Notes: generated from the letters alone by a model not told the origin. Shown: positions 1 through 7,665, counted from the stretch's first letter. The stretch: DNA of 59,839 bases from a virus (IMGVR_UViG_3300022188_000012:1-59839), one strand, 5' to 3'. Numbers and translations are program-made.

Positions 1-59
1 GGGGGGGGTCGGTACACCATTTTGTTTTTCTTTTTTTGTATACGCAAAAATTCTTAATG

Positions 60-114
60 ATTTCAATAGTTTAAGCCGCAAACTTTGCGAAAATGCTGAA
101 ATTTCAGGTACTTA
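60..114. promoter_or_regulatory. Two IHF-like boxes (ATTTCARNNNNTTA) at 60-73 and 101-114
   Basis: atttcaatagttta and atttcaggtactta resemble the IHF consensus WATCAANNNNTTR; further copies at 347-360, 381-394 and 1569-1582. Confidence 0.5.
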
Positions 115-140
115 GATGAGTGGGAGGGTGGCACCCCCAA

Positions 141-270
141 TCTAACCCAATTTAGCTAACCCTAGCATGAACCTTCTCAATCTAGACCAATTTTGCTTAT
201 TCTAGGCTGCTCTAACTCAATCTAGCTCACTTTGACTCACTTTTTCCTATTTGGGCTCAATTTGAGCTGC
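141..270. repeat. Degenerate 10-bp tandem repeat (~13 units, consensus ~TCTAGCTCAA)
   Basis: tctaacccaa tttagctaac cctagcatga ... tctagaccaa ... tctaactcaa tctagctcac tttgactcac in constant 10-nt register. Confidence 0.6.
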
Positions 271-310
271 ACAGGCCCCATATTTTTCCTGGTTAGCGAA
301 CGCTCGTTAA

Positions 311-421
311 CTTTGTGAAAAATTTCACAAGCTCAAAAGTCCAATAATTTCAAGAGGTTAGGATTACGAAAAACTTAATAATTTCAAGCACTTATCTCTT
401 TGTGAAAAATTTCACAAGCTC
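311..421. promoter_or_regulatory. Two Rex-like operators TTGTGAA-AAAT-TTCACAA (313-330, 400-417) inside a 24-bp direct repeat
   Basis: ctttgtgaaaaatttcacaagctc occurs at 311-334 and 398-421; matches Rex consensus TTGTGAANNNNTTCACAA. Confidence 0.6.
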
Positions 422-423
422 CC

Positions 424-461
424 ACAAAAGAAAACCGGCCACCAGTAGCTGGTGACCGGTT
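424..461 (-). terminator. Rho-independent terminator of leftward operon
   Basis: Minus-strand stem aaccggtcaccag/ctggtggccggtt followed by ttcttttg, just after the stop at 469. Confidence 0.7.
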
Positions 462-468
462 CCAGGGA

Positions 469-720
469 TTAGAAGTGTTGGTCGAGATAGTGCTCAACAG
501 CCTTAATCGTCGAGTGGTCAATCTGGTTAATCCAAAACCCAAAAACTGGTTTATAACGCCTGCTATCAACGCAAACTTCAAACCGGAGTTTTCTAGGACT
601 CAACCGGAATCTGAAAGGTCTAGAGGCATGATTCCAAACTCCGGGATACTTCTCTCTAAATCCATGTCTATAGGCCACTGCACCGATGATATTAATCTTT
701 GTCATTGTCCCTTTTCGCAT
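469..720 (-). CDS. Hypothetical protein (MRKGTMTKINIIG...)
   Basis: RBS AGGAGG upstream of ATG at 720; terminator downstream. Confidence 0.7.
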   Translation of the reverse strand: MRKGTMTKINIIGAVAYRHGFREKYPGVWNHASRPFRFRLSPRKLRFEVCVDSRRYKPVFGFWINQIDHSTIKAVEHYLDQHF

Positions 721-772
721 TTTCAATCCCTCCTAAAAGTTTTGGCCGGCACAAGGCCGGCCAGGAACACCA

Positions 773-940
773 TTAAAACTCAATTACGTATTTGTCTTCA
801 TCGTACCAAACAGTAAAAGTTTCGGCATCAACAATGTTAAAAGTTTTCTCACCAACTAAAATTCTAACTTCATATTTTCCTAGGGTTGCGTACCATACAA
901 TTTCGATAGACGCATCGTGGTCATCAAATTTTAGTTGCAT
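773..940 (-). CDS. Hypothetical 55-aa protein (MQLKFDDHDASIEIVWY...), not in the ORF track
   Basis: AAAGGAG RBS upstream of ATG at 940; open to TAA at 773; fills the gap in the leftward operon. Confidence 0.7.
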   Translation of the reverse strand: MQLKFDDHDASIEIVWYATLGKYEVRILVGEKTFNIVDAETFTVWYDEDKYVIEF

Positions 941-966
941 TTTTCAATCTCCTTTTACTTAAAAAT

Positions 967-1326
967 TTACAGCCTAGCTTTCAGACTATTCAGATCATCA
1001 ACCGTTAATTTTTTAAGCATATCCTTATTAAAAATTCCCTTATCATCTTTTTCTAAAATTTCGGTGATAATTTTCTCTTTGTCTGAAATAGCCGCAGTTT
1101 TGGCCATACTCACGACAAAGTCATGGCCTTTATCGATAGCTTCTAACTTTTTGGACGCCAAATTGAATTTTTCGTCGATTAGTCTTGAAATACCTTTTCC
1201 AATCGCAGCTTTTTGCCAATCTTTGACCACGACTGGCATATCAGTTACTAACACTTTAATAGCTTTTTCTCTTATTTCTCCCCATTGTTTCTTTTGTTCT
1301 TCGTTCATCCTAACAGCTTCACCCAT
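967..1326 (-). CDS. Hypothetical protein, first gene of leftward operon
   Basis: 119 aa charged helical ORF downstream of a leftward promoter. Confidence 0.7.
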   Translation of the reverse strand: MGEAVRMNEEQKKQWGEIREKAIKVLVTDMPVVVKDWQKAAIGKGISRLIDEKFNLASKKLEAIDKGHDFVVSMAKTAAISDKEKIITEILEKDDKGIFNKDMLKKLTVDDLNSLKARL

Positions 1327-1446
1327 TCTAAAACCTTCAAAAACCTAAAGAATCCAACCAGACAAGCGCAATGCGTCTTACAGCCGGTTGCCGCCCTACC
1401 TTACACCGACACCTTGTCGGTAGGTGCCAGGCGGATTTTTATTCAA

Positions 1447-1458
1447 TTGTCAAAGAGC
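1447..1458 (-). promoter_or_regulatory. boxA-like antitermination element (GCTCTTTGACAA)
   Basis: Minus strand reads agctctttgacaattgaata shortly after the predicted start site; similar to rrn/lambda boxA. Confidence 0.45.
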
Positions 1459-1491
1459 TAGTAGGCAATCAGCCTTTAAGATTTTATCCTT

Positions 1492-1519
1492 ATTATAATA
1501 ATTATCGTCCGATTGTCAA
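1492..1519 (-). promoter_or_regulatory. Leftward sigma70 promoter TTGACA-N16-TATAAT
   Basis: Perfect -35 and -10 hexamers on the minus strand with an AT-rich UP-like tract upstream. Confidence 0.7.
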
Positions 1520-1707
1520 GAAAAAATTGCAAAAATTTTTTCTTGTTCACAAAAAATTTTTCTTAAAGATTTCAAAACTTTACTCCACCTTTTTTATTGA
1601 AAAAATTCCCATAAACCGGATAATCATACCATGGTCGATTCATACCATATACCCAATCCATTTTTCATCCGGCCATTGTTTTTTCTGTCCAAAGCCGGAA
1701 CATGGTG

Positions 1708-1848
1708 TTCAGAAACAGAATCTCAATTATCGAACAGAACGCCACGTTCAAAACCTGAATGCCCATTCAGAAACGGAATCCCGATTACCAAACGAAACGC
1801 TCAATTCCGGAACAGAATGCCAATTACTGAACGAAACGTTCTGTTCAA
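1708..1848. repeat. 39-bp tandem repeats (3 copies plus a 19-bp half unit), iteron-like
   Basis: ttcagaaacagaatctcaattatcgaacagaacgccacg (1708), ttcagaaacggaatcccgattaccaaacgaaacgctcaa (1766), ttccggaacagaatgccaattactgaacgaaacgttctg (1805). Confidence 0.7.
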
Positions 1849-1988
1849 CCCTGGCATGCAAAAATCATGCCAATCAAACCTGCCTCACCGACCAAAACAA
1901 CGTTATTTTACCCAAAACCGACTAAACCTGCCCCTTGCCAGGGCAGACCATGTATGCCCATGGGAAGCTATGTATGCCTGTGGGAAGC

Positions 1989-2007
1989 AAGTTTTCTCAC
2001 GAAACTT
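1989..2007. promoter_or_regulatory. Degenerate copy of the 19-bp phage palindrome
   Basis: aagttttctcacgaaactt, 16/19 match, followed by gctca like the copies at 21206 and 58327. Confidence 0.45.
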
Positions 2008-2038
2008 GCTCAAGACCCAACGAAAGGAGGTGAGAGCG

Positions 2039-2200
2039 ATGGCCTTGGAGGAGATCAAGTCCTGGTGGGACTCAACGAGTCCCACCCAAAAGAAGCAGGC
2101 CAAGAGGCCCTTGAGGAACTTCAATCCAGCTCTCCTGGCTGCGAGCTGGGATGATCTGGACGAGGACACCCAAGACCATTTAATTTTATTACTGATGTAG
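2039..2200 (+). CDS. Hypothetical 53-aa protein (MALEEIKSWW...)
   Basis: AAAGGAGGTG RBS before ATG 2039. Confidence 0.7.
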   Translation: MALEEIKSWWDSTSPTQKKQAKRPLRNFNPALLAASWDDLDEDTQDHLILLLM

Positions 2201-2241
2201 AAGAACGGGAGGGCTGAAGCTCTCCCGGAAAGGAGGGGAAA

Positions 2242-2685
2242 ATGCGAGGTTATGCAGCAATCGGACTACGCCATCCTAAAAACTCACTAAACGTAGGCTC
2301 AGCGCTACGAGCAGCCGGCAATTATGGTGCTGTCTTTGTGGCACAATCTGGACGACGGTGCAAACCCGGGATCACTGACGCTATGAAGTTCTACCGTCAT
2401 TTACCTTTCTTGCAGGTAGATGACCTTAAAACAGTCGTTCCTTATGACTGCGTACCAGTAGCCGTGGAGCTGTTAGAACATGCTACACCTCTACCGGACT
2501 ATCAGCATCCTGAGCGGGCTTTCTATGTTTTCGGCCCAGAAGACGGCTCACTTGGCGAAAACGTGCTTTCTTGGTGTCGGGACGTAGTGTACATTCCTAC
2601 TCAAGGCTGCATGAATCTAGCAGCTACGGTCAACGTGGTTTTGTATGACCGACTAGTAAAACAACTAAGGAGAAGAGAACAATGA
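2242..2685 (+). CDS. SpoU/TrmH-family (SPOUT) RNA methyltransferase
   Basis: NVGSALRAA, FGPEDGSL and IPTQGCMNLAATVNVVLYDR SPOUT motifs. Confidence 0.85.
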   Translation: MRGYAAIGLRHPKNSLNVGSALRAAGNYGAVFVAQSGRRCKPGITDAMKFYRHLPFLQVDDLKTVVPYDCVPVAVELLEHATPLPDYQHPERAFYVFGPEDGSLGENVLSWCRDVVYIPTQGCMNLAATVNVVLYDRLVKQLRRREQ

Positions 2686-2960
2686 AACTACCAGACGAAT
2701 ACAAAGGCTTTGTGGTCTCCCAGGCCACACTCCGCACAGAGGATCTGGTGGAGTCCATCCTTGAGTTCCTGGACTCCATAGGCTACCCAGAGACCATGGA
2801 TCTGAGAGAGCAAGCCACCGAGGAAGAGGACCTAACCTACTTCCTCAATGAGGACTTGTGGGACTTAATGAACGAGATCGCTCCTGAGGGGACAACGTTC
2901 AGAGCTCACGAGGGCGATGGCGCCCTATTTGGGTTCTGGCCTTACAAGGAGGTGGAATAA
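2682..2960 (+). CDS. Acidic phage hypothetical protein
   Basis: ATGA-coupled ORF; TLRTEDL...EGDGALFGFW. Confidence 0.75.
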   Translation: MKLPDEYKGFVVSQATLRTEDLVESILEFLDSIGYPETMDLREQATEEEDLTYFLNEDLWDLMNEIAPEGTTFRAHEGDGALFGFWPYKEVE

Positions 2961-3190
2961 TGGCACGTTTCTATGGTATTCTTGAGGGCCATGCGAGGAC
3001 ACAGGCCACTAGGATCGGCTCCACTCGCTCTGGCCTGAAGGCCACCCTAAAAGGTTGGGGTGGCCAAATTGAGGTCGAGCTGTTCGCCCGAGGAGATGAG
3101 GACTACTTCCAGGTTTGGCACGAGTCCCTCTCCTCAGGGCGGACGCTCATTGCTGAAGGACTCCTAGGAAAGGAGGAAAAGAATGAGTGA
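2960..3190 (+). CDS. Phage hypothetical protein
   Basis: GGAGGTG RBS, TAATG overlap. Confidence 0.75.
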   Translation: MARFYGILEGHARTQATRIGSTRSGLKATLKGWGGQIEVELFARGDEDYFQVWHESLSSGRTLIAEGLLGKEEKNE

Positions 3191-3449
3191 TAGATATGAG
3201 GAGATCTGCGCCAGAGCGAGAAAGCTCTCTCGTGCCTTGAGGGCCCTCCGGGCCAAGGAGAGGGAGCTCTCCAAAGAGTTCGATGCGTTAATTCGTGAGA
3301 AATGGGCCATCGAGGCCCAGAGGATTGAGCCTACACGGACAAGACGAGGGTCCCGCTCCTCTCGTCTGCAGGCGATCTTGTCCCTCCTGGATAGGGGTGA
3401 GATCTCTAAGGAAGAGGCGCAAAAGAAAATCGCAGCCCTTCTTTCCTAA
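3183..3449 (+). CDS. Coiled-coil hypothetical protein
   Basis: RBS, heptad-like charged sequence. Confidence 0.7.
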   Translation: MSDRYEEICARARKLSRALRALRAKERELSKEFDALIREKWAIEAQRIEPTRTRRGSRSSRLQAILSLLDRGEISKEEAQKKIAALLS

Positions 3450-3489
3450 ACGAAGGAGGGCTTAACTTGGAGAAAGGAGGTCTAGAAAA

Positions 3490-3696
3490 ATGGCACGCAC
3501 AATCATGGTTGGCCACCGCCAGGTAGAGGTATGTATGCGAGAGGGAAGCTGGTTCAGGGTGAACCTGAGGGGAGTCCCTCGTCAAGGGATCCATATTCCG
3601 GCGAAGAATGGACGGCCCAAAACTGGAGTTTTGTGGTCCAAGTCCTGGACTCCAGAGGAGATCGCCAAAGAGAACAGAAGGAGGGGACTCTTATGA
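3490..3696 (+). CDS. Basic hypothetical protein
   Basis: AAAGGAGGT RBS; coupled to first array gene. Confidence 0.7.
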   Translation: MARTIMVGHRQVEVCMREGSWFRVNLRGVPRQGIHIPAKNGRPKTGVLWSKSWTPEEIAKENRRRGLL

Positions 3697-3887
3697 AGCT
3701 CATCTTCGAGAGTCAACACCTAACAACTGGCAACTTCAAGGTGAATCTGTATCCGGAAGGTTGGGTACTGTCACTAGTTTCTACGTATGAAGTCTCATTT
3801 TGGGGAGAACTCCGCGTGAAGGACGTTGATGGGCTCCTTTGTGCATTACTGATTTGTGATATGGTAATCTCGTGGAGAGAAGAATGA
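3693..3887 (+). CDS. Small beta-rich array protein 1
   Basis: MKLIF...SFWG...ISWREE; paralog of next three. Confidence 0.8.
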   Translation: MKLIFESQHLTTGNFKVNLYPEGWVLSLVSTYEVSFWGELRVKDVDGLLCALLICDMVISWREE

Positions 3888-4078
3888 AACTCACTTTCTC
3901 AGTTCGTTACTTAGTCACCGAAAGAATTCTAGTCATCCTCCTTCAAAATGCCTGGTGGCTCAGGGAGGAGTTCACAGATGAGGTCTGTTTTAACGGAGTG
4001 CATAGGACTGAGAACCCACACGGGTTTGAGTGCGGACTTTCAGTCCACAACATGACGATCTCATGGAGAGGGAAATGA
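3884..4078 (+). CDS. Small beta-rich array protein 2
   Basis: MKLTF...CFNG...ISWRGK; ATGA overlap. Confidence 0.8.
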   Translation: MKLTFSVRYLVTERILVILLQNAWWLREEFTDEVCFNGVHRTENPHGFECGLSVHNMTISWRGK

Positions 4079-4269
4079 AGCTCGTCTTCAAAGGGCGGTT
4101 GCTGACAACTAGCAATTCTGAGGTAAACCTGTATCCTGAGTGGTGGGTGCTCTCTCAACCGTTCACCCATGAGGTCTCATTTGATGGAGAGATTCACTCA
4201 CAGAATCAGTCAGGATTTCTCTGTAGTTTGTCTGCTCTCGGAGTCCTAATCTCATGGAGAGAAGAATGA
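4075..4269 (+). CDS. Small beta-rich array protein 3
   Basis: MKLVF...VNLYPEWWVLS...SFDG...ISWREE; close paralog of protein 1. Confidence 0.8.
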   Translation: MKLVFKGRLLTTSNSEVNLYPEWWVLSQPFTHEVSFDGEIHSQNQSGFLCSLSALGVLISWREE

Positions 4270-4466
4270 AGCTCACCCTCATGGGCTCAAGCCTCACAAC
4301 CTTGGAGTATCAGGTCACAATCTATCGCCAGACCTGGCGTTTGAGTTGGCCATTTACTTTTGAAGCTACGCTTGATGGTACTCTTTTTGAAGAGAACCCT
4401 TATTCTTTTGGAGTGGGAATGAATCCCTTCGACTTGGCAATCAGATGGAGGGAAAATGAGGATTAG
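4266..4466 (+). CDS. Small beta-rich array protein 4
   Basis: MKLTL...TLDG...IRWRE. Confidence 0.8.
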   Translation: MKLTLMGSSLTTLEYQVTIYRQTWRLSWPFTFEATLDGTLFEENPYSFGVGMNPFDLAIRWRENED

Positions 4467-4647
4467 GCTTGACGGAGACACTCTCATAACAGAAAGGCTC
4501 CTAATTGACTATAACAGCATTTGGTCTTTCCATTTGCTGTCACGATCTGTCTGGATTGATGGTGCCGTGAAAGGAAAGACACCATACTTCGTTTACGTCT
4601 ATAACGATGTCTTGGTAGGGATAGATGATGAAGATAGAGCTGAGTAG
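4456..4647 (+). CDS. Small beta-rich array protein 5
   Basis: MRIRL...WIDG. Confidence 0.7.
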   Translation: MRIRLDGDTLITERLLIDYNSIWSFHLLSRSVWIDGAVKGKTPYFVYVYNDVLVGIDDEDRAE

Positions 4648-4822
4648 AGCCTCTGGTTCCCTAACGGTAGACTGGAAGATATGTATGAGCTCAACCTACG
4701 TCTTGGTGTCACACCACGGACACTATTCAGTGGTGCGTCCCGATGGGACATACCAGAGAGGAACAGCTTCAGCTTTCGCAACCCTAGTCTGTGAGTCTAG
4801 GGTTGGATGGAGGGATAAATGA
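4628..4822 (+). CDS. Small beta-rich array protein 6
   Basis: MKIEL...RPDG...VGWRDK. Confidence 0.7.
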   Translation: MKIELSRASGSLTVDWKICMSSTYVLVSHHGHYSVVRPDGTYQRGTASAFATLVCESRVGWRDK

Positions 4823-5037
4823 AGCTCACTATCAATACGAGTGCTCTTTGGTGTGAGAGGATTAGTATTGGTCCTGAATGGATCATGATTTCCCCTCCAC
4901 AGTTCCCTTGCACAGTAGACTGGAAAGGCACAATAACCTGGCCAGGGATTGCCCTCTCTTCTGTGTTGAACTTCTGTGTGACTGTAGGGTGTATAGGATT
5001 GAAGGAGTCCCCAGATGAAAGTTGCTCTCAAGAATGA
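4819..5037 (+). CDS. Small beta-rich array protein 7
   Basis: MKLTI...DWKG. Confidence 0.7.
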   Translation: MKLTINTSALWCERISIGPEWIMISPPQFPCTVDWKGTITWPGIALSSVLNFCVTVGCIGLKESPDESCSQE

Positions 5038-5212
5038 CCACATCTATGTGGGAACATATGCTCTAGTTATCTGGCCAGGGGTCATCCTTTCTCACAAGGG
5101 AGAACCCTGTCGAGCTGTGAACGTGTACCCTTCAGGAAATGGTAACGTCCTTCGATCTCATTTCCAGTTTTGGACATCTCCCAAGTCTGTAGGTTGGAAG
5201 GAGGAGAGATGA
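5015..5212 (+). CDS. Small beta-rich array protein 8
   Basis: MKVAL...YPSG...VGWKEER. Confidence 0.7.
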   Translation: MKVALKNDHIYVGTYALVIWPGVILSHKGEPCRAVNVYPSGNGNVLRSHFQFWTSPKSVGWKEER

Positions 5213-5415
5213 AACTCGTAGCTGCCCAGTACACTCTTTATCTTAAAGACCTCTCTATCGGAAGAGTCTTTATCATGGTGGATTCTTCTTCACGTGAGCG
5301 AACTGTCGACTGCAGAGGGCAAGTGATTGAGACTTCTCCTGTCTTATCATTGCTAAACGCTGTAGGTCTCTATCCTTGGGTGGCCCTAAATGAGAATCAC
5401 ACAGATCAACGATAG
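5209..5415 (+). CDS. Small beta-rich array protein 9
   Basis: MKLVA...DCRG. Confidence 0.7.
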   Translation: MKLVAAQYTLYLKDLSIGRVFIMVDSSSRERTVDCRGQVIETSPVLSLLNAVGLYPWVALNENHTDQR

Positions 5416-5611
5416 CGAAATAGCCGTCTTTGGCAGTCAGATTACGATCTCCCTTGCTAACATCCGTGTTCTCTACAAACAGCTTTCTGAATTCCACTTC
5501 TTTCGGAGAAGTGGATCTTACGCCATTTACGACAAGTGTGAAGGCAGACCAGTGGCTATTTCAGTTTTGGACACGTCAGATCTTCACGTTGTCTGGAGGA
5601 AAAGGAAATGA
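5390..5611 (+). CDS. Small beta-rich array protein 10
   Basis: MRITQIND...SGSYA...VVWRK; paralog of 5608 and 7210. Confidence 0.75.
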   Translation: MRITQINDSEIAVFGSQITISLANIRVLYKQLSEFHFFRRSGSYAIYDKCEGRPVAISVLDTSDLHVVWRKRK

Positions 5612-5832
5612 AGTTTACTCAACTCAATGACATTGAGATTGGCTTCGCTGACTACCAGGTTGCGATATCTTCTGCTTACATACATCTTCTCTGTGACTGG
5701 CCTTCTAAGTTTGTGGTTACTTGGGGAGATGGATCGTATGCATTTTACAGCGGGGGCGTAGGCAGAACAACAACGTTGAAAACAACGTCTTTTGTTGTCG
5801 TCTGGAGAAAAGATGAAGATCGAGAGCCTTGA
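5608..5832 (+). CDS. Small beta-rich array protein 11
   Basis: MKFTQLND...DGSYA...VVWRK. Confidence 0.75.
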   Translation: MKFTQLNDIEIGFADYQVAISSAYIHLLCDWPSKFVVTWGDGSYAFYSGGVGRTTTLKTTSFVVVWRKDEDREP

Positions 5833-6019
5833 AGGATACTTGCGGATTCCGTCCTGCCCGATGGTCATCGGTCTTAGTCGCCGCGTAATAACATCCTTCC
5901 CGCCGGTGCGCCGTAAGGCTGTGTACTGGGACGGGCTCGAAGGATTAGTGCAGACCTCATCCGCAGTCCTGAACTTCTTAGGGCCAGTTGAAAGAGTGGA
6001 GGTTCTAGATGAAGATTAA
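5813..6019 (+). CDS. Small beta-rich array protein 12
   Basis: MKIES...YWDG...VEV. Confidence 0.7.
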   Translation: MKIESLEGYLRIPSCPMVIGLSRRVITSFPPVRRKAVYWDGLEGLVQTSSAVLNFLGPVERVEVLDED

Positions 6020-6218
6020 AGAGAAAAGTAGTTGCCTTTTCACAAAGGACCTATCTGTCGCTATCAGCAACAGTGCTCTGCAAATCCAAGGGTCCGCAAG
6101 CTACACTATGATCTTCAGTGATGGAGAGACGATCTCCTGCGATGCTGTAGCGTTTGTCAACTCTCTGCTGACTGATCCCCTTCCTGGGGTGGGAAGCGCC
6201 CAATGCAAGTTCAGTTAA
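6009..6218 (+). CDS. Small beta-rich array protein 13
   Basis: MKIKE...FSDG. Confidence 0.7.
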   Translation: MKIKEKSSCLFTKDLSVAISNSALQIQGSASYTMIFSDGETISCDAVAFVNSLLTDPLPGVGSAQCKFS

Positions 6219-6394
6219 TTGGAGATGACGTAATCGCCGTTGGAAGGGTTTTGCTTGCCCTTGACTGGATTAGGGTCAACGAGAGCGAGCGATATGAGGC
6301 CGCCTATTTCAGTGGCTCCTCAACAACTTTCAACGTCCCAACAGACATCTTGTTGTTTCCCCTGTGGAAGGGATGGAGGGTCACTTTTGAGTAA
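6203..6394 (+). CDS. Small beta-rich array protein 14
   Basis: MQVQL...YFSG...WRVTFE. Confidence 0.65.
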   Translation: MQVQLIGDDVIAVGRVLLALDWIRVNESERYEAAYFSGSSTTFNVPTDILLFPLWKGWRVTFE

Positions 6395-6414
6395 GTTTCA
6401 TCATGAAACTTACT
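6390..6414. promoter_or_regulatory. Phage palindrome AAGTTTCATSATGAAACTT (core 6393-6411, perfect arms out to 25 bp)
   Basis: agtaagtttcat-c-atgaaacttact between stop codon and AGGAGG. Confidence 0.7.
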
Positions 6415-6424
6415 AGGAGGAAAA

Positions 6425-6631
6425 ATGAAGCTCATCGACCACCATTCATTAACTGCTCTGACCGTCTCTAAGGTGTTCATCTGGGCCAACTCTGTGGCGG
6501 TCAGAAACTCAGATGCAGTGCCAGCTCTCGAGGCCAAGTCCGATGGGAGCACGTACAAATACGGCGTGCTCACCCGCTGGTGCATGAACCTCGAAGGTGA
6601 TGTGATAACTTGGAGGGACAAGAGAAGGTGA
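6425..6631 (+). CDS. Small beta-rich array protein 15
   Basis: MKLID...KSDG...ITWRDK. Confidence 0.75.
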   Translation: MKLIDHHSLTALTVSKVFIWANSVAVRNSDAVPALEAKSDGSTYKYGVLTRWCMNLEGDVITWRDKRR

Positions 6632-6861
6632 AACTATCTCTGCAAGACGACTTAAAAGTCACCTCGATCGCAGTGAAATACTCGAACAAGACTGTATTGA
6701 AAATTATTCCATTTGCAATTTTTCCTCCACCTGGGAAAGCACAGCCCTCTATAGATGTTCGCTATGACGGGAGCGTTGGTCGGTGGAGGTCTGTCAGACA
6801 GTTCTGGATCTCTCCACTAACTATTACATGGAGAGAAGATGAAACTATCTCTGCAAGGTAA
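6628..6861 (+). CDS. Small beta-rich array protein 16 (GTG start)
   Basis: (M)KLSLQ...RYDG...ITWRE. Confidence 0.7.
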   Translation: MKLSLQDDLKVTSIAVKYSNKTVLKIIPFAIFPPPGKAQPSIDVRYDGSVGRWRSVRQFWISPLTITWREDETISAR

Positions 6862-7036
6862 ACGCTTAACGGTGTCCAGGATAGAAATCTGCCCAGACCT
6901 TATAGAAGTGGACGCCTTTTGGCCTGTGGAGGCTATAGCAGCAACTTATAATGGTCAATGTCAAAAGGTGTACAGGCATAGCTCTATCTCTATACAACCC
7001 TCATATGTGAGGTGGTGTCGCAGTGAAGATAAGTAA
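6839..7036 (+). CDS. Small beta-rich array protein 17
   Basis: MKLSLQ (18 nt identical to previous gene start)...TYNG...VRW. Confidence 0.7.
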   Translation: MKLSLQGKRLTVSRIEICPDLIEVDAFWPVEAIAATYNGQCQKVYRHSSISIQPSYVRWCRSEDK

Positions 7037-7229
7037 TGGTGTGAACGCCTTGGTGTGCGGTCTCGTTGAGATCTGGAAAGACGGTCTCTTCATAGAAGCA
7101 CTGCATTCCGGAGAGTCTACACTCGTCTCTTTCTGGGGGACGAGCACGGTCCAAACTGCACTCTACAGCATCGCTATCAGTGCGAAAGAAGTCAGATGGA
7201 GAAGAACAGATGAAGATCACAAAACTTAA
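7023..7229 (+). CDS. Small beta-rich array protein 18
   Basis: MKISN...SFWG...VRWRR. Confidence 0.7.
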   Translation: MKISNGVNALVCGLVEIWKDGLFIEALHSGESTLVSFWGTSTVQTALYSIAISAKEVRWRRTDEDHKT

Positions 7230-7431
7230 CTATGCCGAGGTCGGCATCCTTGACCACCAATTTGTAATATCTTCTAACCACATTCGTGTTTCCTGGAAAC
7301 AGGCCTCTGGAATTCATTTCTCTTGGAGAGATGGATCGCACGCTCCCTATACCACATTCAGAAACGGTCCTGTTAGCATGGTGATTCTGGACATGTCAGA
7401 CTTTCACATTGTCTGGAAGGAGGAAAAATGA
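7210..7431 (+). CDS. Small beta-rich array protein 19
   Basis: MKITKLN...WRDGSHA...LDMSDFHIVWKEEK; paralog of 5390. Confidence 0.75.
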   Translation: MKITKLNYAEVGILDHQFVISSNHIRVSWKQASGIHFSWRDGSHAPYTTFRNGPVSMVILDMSDFHIVWKEEK

Positions 7432-7616
7432 GGTTAGTTTATCAAGGTGACCTGATCCTGGAGAACGCCCTAGCCATAGGGGCCAACTATGTTAGCCGCC
7501 GTTGGCCGGTGAAACCCTCAACCTCAATACTTGCCAACGGCAAAGAGGTGCCACTGTCCAAATCTTACACAATCCTCAACTTCATAGATGACCCGCCGTG
7601 GGTCGTTGCTGTGTAG
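7428..7616 (+). CDS. Small beta-rich array protein 20
   Basis: MRLVY...LANG. Confidence 0.7.
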   Translation: MRLVYQGDLILENALAIGANYVSRRWPVKPSTSILANGKEVPLSKSYTILNFIDDPPWVVAV

Positions 7617-7665
7617 GAAAGTGGGCGATCTTTGTTAGACCAGCTAGATGACTCAAGGTTTTTGG

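Noticed and set aside
475-1348. Plus-strand ORFs 475-816 and 935-1348
   Set aside because: Shadows of the minus-strand operon, which has a promoter, RBSs and a terminator
1371-2169. Long ORFs 1371-1925, 1631-2200 (5' part), 1867-2154 and 1903-2169
   Set aside because: They span promoter, AT tracts and repeats and lack RBSs; only 2039-2200 has a good start
2206-2227. Hairpin cgggagggc-tgaa-gctctcccg as a terminator
   Set aside because: No U-tract and immediately followed by an RBS; at most a processing or stability stem
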